A stretch of 64,000 nt of DNA from Eledone cirrhosa (Eukaryota), in the NCBI GenBank assembly GCA_964016885.1, contig OZ024754.1:28830001-28894000 (forward strand), written 5' to 3'. Numbering within the stretch: position 1 is the first letter of the stretch; each line of letters opens with the position of its first letter. A program made the translations under genes and the position numbers. Under the pieces are notes generated by a model. That model was not told the DNA's origin and did not search any database. It was given only the letters and a program-made list of their open reading frames with translations. Positions 53,411 to 64,000 of this stretch are shown piece after piece.

Positions 53411-55978
53411 ACACACACACACTTAGACTTAACTAAATATATATGTATGGGTGTGGGTGTAAGACAAATATACATGCCTGTGTATATATTAGACAAAAAT
53501 ACATAAATATGTATAGAATGTATAGATAGGCTCATAACAGACACACACATGCACACCATTAGCTTTTAATTTATAGATGGTCTCTATAATTATATAAAAG
53601 GATTTCTTGGGAAGATTTGCTTATTTAGATTTTAAAAGCATTGATATCTGTTCAGATATCTTAATTTCATTATACAAAGAAAGTGTATGCTAGCCGAGGT
53701 TGTCAAATACATTTAATGTATTAATGGGTGAAGACGTTGTTCGTACACTGGTCTAAGCTCTTGGGCTAGATATTTTACTTTTATCAATTTCCTGACTTTA
53801 TAAGGAATCAATGGACAAATTCCCAGAACTTTTTTGCTAACCAAGTGGGGTGGAATTTGTCAAATCAGATGAAAGAAAAATGTTTTTCTTTGGTCTTTTC
53901 GTTGTTCATGCTATCTATCGGATGCAACTCCTGGCAGAAAGAGCAATGTGAAATAAAGTGTCTTGTTCAAGAACATAATGTATCACCCTATCCAGGAATT
54001 GAACTCGCATCCTCACAATTGTGGAATCTGATTATCTAACTACTAAACCATGCATCTTCACTATCTTTATAATAGTTACATATTTAAGAACATTTGGGTA
54101 TAAATTTGCAGATACCAAGTCCAAACACCAGATTAGGAATGAACTATTATCTTGCTGAAGGCCATAATGCATCATCCGCTCCAGGAATCAAACTTGCAAC
54201 CTCGTGATTGCAAATCCAATTCTCTAATCACTAAGCCACACACCTATACTGATAAAAATATTGTAAAAATTTGAATCAACAAGCCACAAAAAGCCACAAA
54301 AGCAAGCTATTCTTGAAAAATATAAGACAACACTGACTGCATCACATTAAAAATTAAAGGCTGATCACTCATAAATATGCTATAAACATTTAAATGAACA
54401 AACCTATTTTTTTATATGTTCTTCTAAACTATTACAGGCTGTTAAGAATTAATAACCATTATTTTAGCATAATTGACTGAATTAAAGCCATTAGTCCAAT
54501 ACTGCAAATGTTCACTGTTTACTAGTAAAGATACTATAAATATTTGAATAAACAAACCTGATTTTATATATTTTTTGCCAATATCAAGAGTTAAGTTTAA
54601 TAAGGATACCAAGAGTTAAGTTTAATGGATGCTGAATATAATGTAAATAGTTTCCTGGTGTAGAGAATAGTATCCTTCAACTGGGTTGATGGTTAAGAGA
54701 ACTGAAAGTGAAAAGAAATAGATATCATTAAGTTTAAGGGTTACTGAATAAATTCCTGAGGATGGTGAGAATAGAGCCATTGATAAATGTTGTAAAGAGA
54801 AATGGAATGAGATAGCTGAATTGTATGTGAAAGGTTGAAAGTGATGAGGTGATGGGAATAGGACCAAGGAATAATTGTGAGGTGAATTGGAATTTAGTGG
54901 TTGGAATTCTGAGGAAGGATGAAAGTGACTGAGTGAGAGGTGTGATGGGAATAGTTCTAGTGATAAATATTGTGAAGAGAGATGGTATGGTAGTGGCAGT
55001 CGTGGTGACCCCTACTACTGCAATTACTACATCAGCAATGATAAAGATTGCTATTGTTGTTCCACAGTACAATGTTCATGATGGGGTTAGTGATTGAGAT
55101 GGTGTTGACAATGAAAATAACAATATTTGTTGTTGTACAGCACAATGTTAATATAGGAAATGATGATGATGATGTTGATAACAACAACATCATTTGTTGT
55201 TGTAGAGCAACAGATGACAATGAGATGATGATGACAATGATGATGACAATGACGATGAGAACAACAACAATGTTGTATAGAACAATGTTAATGATGATGA
55301 TGATGGTGACAATGACAAAAATTAGAACAATAACCACAACACTGAGTTGTTTTTGTATAAGAAAATGGTTGAATAAATGAGTTGCTTCTATACTGGCTCA
55401 CTCAGCTTTTCAGTTGGTGCCTTGCTGCACACATTCACTCATATAAATCAAGACTTTCACTGCAATATACTCTTTCGTTTATGTCTAATGTGTGGACACA
55501 GACATGGTTGAATGGTCCAGAAGTTCACTTCACAATCTTGAGGCCCTAGGATGACCAAAGCCTTGAGTTGACAGAAATTGCTTGGAAGCTTATTGCTGGA
55601 CTGTACCTGTAACTCAAAGGGCCAACCTTGTCCCACTGTACTATGATGAATCTCATTGGAAATTACATTAATGTAGTAGAAATAATTGTTGTAATACATT
55701 TACTGTATAAGTTAAAAGATATATAATATTTTGGGCAAAGCCTTTTGTTTTCACTGAAATATTTTAGAGTCCTTTTTTACAATATATTTGCAACCTAGTA
55801 TATTTCCTTTTCTGCTTTCACTATATTGGCCCATGCTGATGTAAACTGCAAATACTCTTTTTTTTTTTCATTCCAGTAATCAACATCATCATTATCATCA
55901 TGACAAATATCATCATCATTATATATGTTTTTCCATGTTAATAATTAAATTTCTTGTGTGTTTATTATTATTTTCCAG

Positions 55979-56141
55979 TGAAAAATTAATCCAGAATGCC
56001 TTTCAGAGTTTACAGCTGGTTGTAACTGACTTTTTACCTATTATTCCCTGCAAATACTTGTTGGTTTGTGTTGAGGTTGCCTCAAAATTTGGTCTTCAAA
56101 GCCAAGAGCTGAATGTTAGTCTGACTGCAATTGGTCTTTTA
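55979..56141 (+). CDS. MON2: MON2 internal exon, phase 2-0, 163 nt
   Basis: ttttccag|TGAAAAA...CTTTTA|gtaagt. Encodes (S)[54 protein letters not shown], cf. MON2 [18 protein letters not shown]...ELNISLTSIGLL. Splice phases match the previous exon. Confidence 0.95.
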
Positions 56142-57004
56142 GTAAGTACTATTTCAACTTTGTAAACTAACAAATTACACATGATATATATTTCTCTGTT
56201 ACTACTGTTTATGTCAAAGTCTCAAAATGGAATAAATTGGTGAGATGTTCAATATTAGACAATATATTTATCATTTTGAGACATGAGACATAGAAGAACA
56301 ACTCAAATTGGTGTATTTTTATAATATTGATATCCTTATGTATGCATGAGAGAGATGGGGGGGTCTCAAGTTAGAGAAAGTGAGAGAAAGCCATTTACTT
56401 CCAGTATATTATGGTTGGAGGATGGGGCAAAGAGAGAGAAAGAGAAGTGTTAGTCAGAGGAAGAGTGGTAATAGTAATTGGAAATGTTGAAATATATGCA
56501 CATATGTGATATAATGAGAATTGTAGTAGCTGTTAAAGTTGATGTTATTGGAAGGGGTATTGGTTAATGGATGTAACAGCTTTGTGTGTGTGTGAATGTA
56601 TTTTAAATCATTGTATGTGTTGCTACCTTGCAAATGAAATATAACTAGTAGTCCTATACGATACAATAAAATTATGATATAATAATTGTTTCTACTTTAG
56701 GCACAAGGCCAGCAATAACCCAGTACATTACTGGTACTTTATTTTATCGACCCCGTAAGGATGAAAGGCAAAGTTAACCTCGGTGGGATTTGAACGCAGA
56801 ACGTAAAGGGCCATAACTCTATGTTGTAAAGCATGGTGTCTGACGCTCTACCGATACTGCCAATTCACATGATATAATAATAGCAAATTGAGAGAAATAC
56901 AGTATTTACTCTACAGCATAAGTTATTTTTTTGTTGGGGGATGGAATTTCCATAGGTTCAGCTATTAATGTATTTTTGTTTTCCATATTTGCTGTGATTT
57001 TACA

Positions 57005-57200
57005 TACAAGAGTTGGCTGAAAATTTCATTGCTGACCAAGATACTCTCATGGAATGACCAAATGAGGTTTATTTTTCAACATATTCCCCGGAAAGAACCA
57101 GTTATTGCTCAGAAGAGTTGAAATTAATGCATGCAAGATTTTACATCACTAACATCACTCTCTCATAGACAGACTATGGACTTTTCAGCCCACTCTCGTA
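57005..57200. mobile_element. Mariner-derived non-autonomous element (related inverted copy about 63071-63272)
   Basis: TA-flanked TIRs resembling CGAG(A/G)GTGGGCTGAAAAGT(T/C)CATAG. Shared gctgaccaagatactctcatggaatg internal segment. Confidence 0.7.
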
Positions 57201-57535
57201 CATTACTGCTGATAACTGATTTAATTATTGCTTAAAGTAATTAAGGGGGAACATTGTCAGAATGATTTGCAGTATGTAATTTGACTCTCTGAGGTCAAAT
57301 CCTGCATAGATCAACATTACCTTTCATCCTTTTGAGATCAGTAAATAAAATACCTGTCCTGTACTGGGGTTGATTCTTCCTCTATATCTCTTTCAACCTT
57401 CTCTCTGTCTCCTCCTTCTCTGGAAGAAATTGGCTGTGTTCAGATTTAGAGAAGGTGGGGTCACTCTTCTCTCTCTCTCTCTCCTCCTCCCCAGGAAGAA
57501 ATTGGTTGTGTTCAGATTTAGAGAGGGATATGCCC

Positions 57536-57604
<69 letters not shown>

Positions 57605-59057
57605 TCTTGGGAAGAAATTGACTGTGATTAGATTTAAAGAGAGATGGAGGAGTTGTTTCACCAGGTTTAAAATGACCAAACATGCTACTGTATGTCATGA
57701 CAGGACTTCTATCACTCCAGGAGTTAAGAGTTCATAGATAGAAGGATGATTAGATGGATACAATAAGAGGAATAGGTTTAATGATATGTTAAAGATGCAC
57801 TTGTGCAATGGTAGTGCCAATTTACATTGCACTTTGGTAACTCCAGATCAAAGTAGGAAGCAGTATTATATCATAATGAAGTTATTAGCATTAAGAAATC
57901 TATCAATCTATGAAGAAATTTGATCAACTAATTGATTTATGTGTCCAAATATGTAGAACTATACCTTTTATATTAGTAGAGGACTGACATGTTTCAAATA
58001 CTCATAAGATATGTCAAGAACTTTCCATGGATAACAAAAGAAAGTTTGTATTTGTTCTGTTTGAGAATAAGATGGATGCTAATAAATGTATGGGTGTTCT
58101 GAGATCAAAGAGATGAATCTATCTAGCTTATATTATTACAGCAATTAGATTTCTGAAATATGATGAATACTTATAGTTATGTTAGCGTAGGGCTGATATA
58201 GAATGATACTGAAGAATGTGGTTTTATTGTTTTACTGTTGTTGTTTAGCCCCAGGTCAACCATAATTCAGTGAAACTATGATCAAAAGGACTAGTTTTCT
58301 TTCATTAATAGTGTATCTACAACTACATTATCTAAAGTGTCCCATCCTTTTTTAAGACAATATGGTTTAATCTGAGAGATAGGTATCTGTTATTACTAAC
58401 AGACGCTTCTTTCATTAGAATGGCATAATATGATGGTTATCATCATCATCATCATCATCATACATCTGTGTTTCTCTGCATGCATGGGTTGGACGGATCT
58501 TCTCCAGCACAGCTTTTCTTTAACCCTTTAGCATTTCAACTGGCCATATCTGGCCAGAATTCGCTCACCTCTTTCTGTTCAAACCGGCCATAACCAACCG
58601 CTTATATCAATGTTAAGGTATTGTTCTCAAAATAAATAATATCATCATCAAAATTTCGTAGATTTGATATTGTGTGAGATAATTATGAGAGATAAAGCGT
58701 TTACCACAAAAATACATTGGTAGAGTAATGTAAAATGCTAAATTCAACACTGTAAGATTAGCTCTGACCACTTCTGTCCTTGGTCTTCCTCTACTGCAGC
58801 TTCATTCCACTGGTAACACTTGCCACTTTCTCAGCCAATAGTCATCAACCATACATATTACATGTTCATACCATCACAGTTCTTCTTTCTTGTTCACAAC
58901 ATCTGATCCTCATATACCCACTTTTTCTCTCGGCTCTTCTGTGTTTTGTTGTTTATGCATATTATCATTACCCATCCTATGGAGCATGTTGGATTCATTT
59001 CTCTTCAGCCTTTGCACATCTTCTGCACTGAATTCTTTATGTATCATTAATTTAGGG

Positions 59058-59385
59058 CTAAGGTTCTCAAACTTTTTGGGCCACTAGCCCCCTCATGGCC
59101 ACGTAAAACTCTCAGTACTCCCCACCCTTATTTCCAGAGAGACCTGCCTACATACAAATTGTGAATAATATATAATAAACAAAATGTCAATTTCTATATA
59201 ATAAATATAATATATACTATGTATAAATAAATAAATATATATTTTTAATTTTACTATATTTATATATAATATGTATCATTTGATATTTAATATACTATTA
59301 TATCATCTCTACCACCCCTTTAGACCCCACTGAACCTTCTCAACACCCCTGGGGGAGGGGGTAGCACCCACTTTGAGAACCTCTG
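59058..59385. mobile_element. hAT-Charlie-type MITE
   Basis: TIRs ctaaggttctcaaa / tttgagaacctctg. 8-bp TSD atttaggg / atttaagg (7 of 8 match). Confidence 0.72.
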
Positions 59386-60101
59386 ATTTAAGGGATAGAA
59401 ATGAAGGAAGGGTGGATGAAGAGGCGAACAATGTTTATTATAAGATATTATTAACATAACAAAGCTAGTAATTATCTACTGTTAGGTTTCTTCTAACTTC
59501 AACAGTTATAGCAAGCTATTTACCAGCTGGTTGCTTTTAGGTACAATTGTGTTAGTTTATTTCTCTACTTTAGCTGCCCTGTTCCTGTGCTTCTTGATTG
59601 GAGGAATGTTTAAACAAAATGGTGGATTGGAAGAATTATTAAAAAGTGAGATGGAATGTCTTGCTGCATCTGATCCAGCTCTGTTCATCATCATCATCAC
59701 CATCACCATCATTACCACCACCACAACCATCACTGTTTAACGTCCATTTTTCCACACTAGTATTGGTTAGATGAGACAACATGTAACAAGGCTAGACCTT
59801 TGAATTATAGGCAGAGTCTGTCTTGTACTATATTGTCTGTTTAGGAGTCTTACACACATATACGTGTACCCTTGATGTAATTCTCTGGTAGTACCCTTGA
59901 TGTAATTCTCTGGTAGAACCAGCACAACAAAATACATGACAAGGCTGGACCTTTGAAATACAGTTACAGTTCATCTTGTACTATAGTTTAAGTGGATGAG
60001 TATTACACAGACACAGCTACCCTTAACATAATCCTCAGGCTGAATCAGCACATCACAATAAAGTAACAAAGCCAAAGTTTTGAATTGCAGTTACAATCCA
60101 C

Positions 60102-60330
60102 TTGGGCTTGCATATAATCTCTGTCTATCAAATTTCCCTCATATGGCCTTGCTTGCTATGATAAAGACACATGCTGAAGGAGCTATGCAGTGAGATTGAA
60201 CCCAGGACTTTTTAGCTACCTGGGCTTACATATAATCTCTGTCTACCAAATTTCACTCATATGGATTTGCTTGCTATGATAAAGACATGCTGAAGGAGCT
60301 ATGCATTGAGATTGAACCCAGGACTTTATA
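60102..60330. repeat. About 118-bp tandem duplication within SINE-like sequence
   Basis: tgggctt.catataatctctgtcta...gattgaacccaggacttt occurs twice. Confidence 0.85.
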
Positions 60331-63268
60331 ACTGTGAAGCAGAGTTCTTAACCACTCAGATATGCCTTCATCCATAGTAGGTGTATTGTAGCAATAGCTA
60401 TTATCTTTAGAGCTCAGTACTATTGACCTTTGAAAAGGTAAATTCAGTATCATCAAATTCTCCTTGATCAGAATTCTGTCTTTAACATTATGTGGAGTGT
60501 CGTTACTATTTTATTGGTATGCGAGAAAACAATGACAATAGGAAAACTATAGTCTTAAAGGTTAAATAGATCGGCTACCATTAAAAAAATAAAAATCCAT
60601 TCATAAAAAAGATATTGGTGAGTTCATTTATGAAGTTTAAAAAAGTTTTCTGTAGTTATTTTTTCTTTATATATTTGTCTGTATCTTTTGTAAGCTTGTT
60701 ATAGACTGAAGTTTTACTTAAATATTACTGAGTGAGGCTAATGTAATACATTCTGTTATGTGAAGATAAATTATAAGGGATAGGGGAATGTTGATTAACT
60801 CAAAACTCTCTAGTACTTGGCTGTTACTTTATTTACCAATCATGGTAGAGCCGCTACTTCTCCGAAGTGAGAGATCACAGCTCTGATACTATGGGCATGT
60901 GGTTAGACTGTCTCAGGAAAGAATCCCTGGACAGATTATACAACCTCCCCTCCCATCCTAATTAATCTGGCCCTACACATAACATAGTCTATAATGGAAA
61001 AAAAAAGATTAAAGCGCAAGCCAATGTAAGTTTAGCTGATATCCTATGAGATTTTATGATATATGAGGTTTCTTGGGTGTATTAATAGTAGGTGCCCTAT
61101 TTCTTATCATGTAAAGCAATGTGAACTGAACCACTGTCCTCAGAAACACAAGGTGCTGTCTGATCCAGGAAGCAAACTGCCGATCATAAGTCCAACACCC
61201 CAACCACTAGGTCATTTGCCAATGAGCTAAAAAACAAAGCTGCTAGTTTCATATCTACCTTGTCTTCCGTGATAATTCTTTTACTATTTTGTGATTCCTA
61301 TAGCAACTGCATGTCATATTTTTTTCCCTCTGTGCATTATTCTGTTTACATTGTATCTGTATGCTTTTCAATATTTCAAATATACATCAAAGAATATTAT
61401 TGAACCAGGTTAAAAATTTCAGAGAAAATAAACTGCCCACAATATCAGATTTAGAAAATATACTTCAAGCAATATTTTTATCATTATCATCTTCATTATC
61501 TTAGTTTTATGTCTGTTTTCCATGTTAGCATTGGTTGTACAGGCTGCCATATTCTGAGACTAGATAGGTCTGAGGACCACATCATGCTCATATGTTCCAA
61601 TGTGTTAACAGCATGACAAAAGTTCCCATGTACTCTGCCACACTGAAGAGACCTCTCTACCTTATATTGTCTCTGTTTAATTGTCAACCATTTTACAGAG
61701 TGAGTGTACTAAGTGCAGTTTATTGTGGTACCAGCTCTGAGATTGACTGGGTTCTTCCATTGTCAGTCAATTTACAAGGATTACCATTGTCACATTTACA
61801 TTTAGTGTCATCATCCTTAAACTGGTGAATTAGACTTTTCTTGTACTGCCTGTTTGAAAAGGCAATGACATTGATCAGGCACTGATTTGGTCTCTGATGA
61901 CACATCCAACCTATGCTAGAAGAGAAATAAATGGACATTAAATGATGATGGTGATGATGAGAATGATGATATCACATTTAAAAAATCAACTGTAAACAAT
62001 AACAAATTTAGAAAAGAAATCACAAATGTTAGATTTAGTGCCAGGATGAATTAATGGTTGCTGATTATGATACAAACTTCCTTCTCTTGTTTATTTGTAT
62101 TTGAAGATATATTGGCCATTGTATGATATCTATGTATGTGTATGGTTCTCTATGTCTGTATGTGCATATGTCTCAATGTGTATATGTCTTTATGTCTGTA
62201 TATGTATATGTCTCCATGTGTATGTGTCTGTATGTGTATACATATGTATTTGAACATATATTGGCTAGTGTCTAATATCTATATATGTGTATGTTACTTT
62301 ATGCCTGCATGTGTATGTATTCTATGTGTATATGTCTGAATGTGTTTACATGTGCAGTGTATGCACTCAATGTTTTGCTAGCTAGCACACAAATATTTTT
62401 CCTATTGTTATTTGATATTATCACCTCATATCATTATTCCTTATCTCTCTGATTTATGTTTCTTATCTATGTCCTTTTTCTTCTTTTTTCTCCTCTTTAT
62501 TTCAATTTTATTATCCAACAACGGTTTGAATTTGATAGCTCTTGACTTTTTTTTAATCTATGTTTGATTGCACACACACACACACACACAGACAGAGAGA
62601 GATAGATAGATAGATAGATATACAAGTGTGTGTGTGTGTATATATATATGTGTGGTGTGAGTGTGTGTGTTTACACATGCATCTTTGTGTGCCTGCATAC
62701 CATGTATACAGACTTACTCATGTACACACACACACTCACATCCATACAAATATGCACAGATGTGCAACATGTACAGTAGTGTGCTCTAGCTAATTAATAT
62801 TGGACATATATATTGACATCTGTTTCCATTTGATGCATTCAAAATTGCATTTGTGCATGTGTTGATATGCGTTGATATGTGTTGCTGATATACAATTATG
62901 TATGTTTAATTGCCTGTAGAGAATAATATAATGTTTCCATTTCATTTCACTGCAGAAAAAATAATTTTTCTTTGGCAGCAAGGCTACCCATATGGTTATT
63001 GTATATGAGTATATTATATATGTTTTTATATGTCTTTATATACACCTCTATCAGTTATATATTTTGTATATATGAGGGCCAACAAAAAAGTTTACAAGCT
63101 GATTATGAAAGAGCAATGCTAGAGCAGAGAAATCTTGCATGCATTGATTTCAACTGTTTTTATTAATAACTGCATTGTTTCCTTCTGGAGAGAATGTTTA
63201 TAAATAAATCTCATTTGGACAATCCATGAGAGTGTCTTGGTCAGCCTATGAACTTTTCAGATGACCCT

Positions 63269-63309
<41 letters not shown>

Positions 63310-64000
63310 CAGAATGGATGCAGTAAAAAAAACAGTTAGACCATTACTCACCAGAGTACTCCCTGCTTGGGGTAGTAGAGTGGGTAATATGAAGGATTTG
63401 GGACCCCAACGGCTGAGCCCCTGCCGCTACAACAGCTACATCCGAACTGAAATGCTGGCAATTTAGTTTGGATCTAGCAGTTGAAATGGCAGGAGCTCAG
63501 CCATCAGGGTGCCAAATCCTTTATAATAATAATAATATTATTTATACTTATATATACACTATATATAATTATAAACAGGAAAGGTCAGTAATTCATTACC
63601 CCCTTATTACCAGTAAGAAAAATAGCTCAATGTACTGCTAATGTCCTTGTTTTGCGAGTAACTTTCTTCTTTAATTCCTCTATAATTGTTGTATTATTCT
63701 TTTATAATCTTTGTCGCATCCACTGATACTTACCACATCATCTTCACTCTTTAAATATGACACTGTTAATGACAACACTAACATCTATGTATCTTTATGA
63801 TTGTTCTGTGGAATAGGAGGTTAATTATATGTCTAAACTTTGCTAGTGCTCCGATGATTCCAAACGAAAGTTTGGAAGAAACGATTGTCAGCAATAACAT
63901 GTTTTGAACATAGTTTTGATTATTCTGTAATTTATATATATATATATATATATATATATGGAAACAGCAGTTGGAATCAAGAGGGCTGAGAGTGAACATA

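Overview
AT-rich, microsatellite- and retroelement-dense animal genomic DNA. The repeat families suggest a coleoid cephalopod such as Octopus (inference, not checked). The only host gene I recognise is MON2 on the + strand: three phase-consistent internal exons at 47035-47145, 49237-49412 and 55979-56141. The rest is presumably MON2 intron. It holds a full-length but disabled Tx1/L1-clade LINE with an 18-bp TSD (3992-9804, -), RTE, R4/Dong-like, CR1 and Penelope-like (PLE) fragments, tRNA-derived SINEs, several MITEs and long (TA)n arrays. Most ORFs in the supplied track are microsatellite artefacts. The most notable hidden layer is at least seven well-formed minimal hammerhead-ribozyme motifs (CUGANGA-stem II-GAAA-palindromic stem III-UH-stem I). 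They sit in short inserts, several of them fold-backs, between (TA)n tracts. Six cluster in 44.2-47.7 kb around a frame-symmetric MON2 exon, and four of these are in the pre-mRNA sense. There is also a multi-layer nested or templated insertion (3467-12014) that splits an RTE fragment. All folds were made by eye and all protein similarities come from memory.
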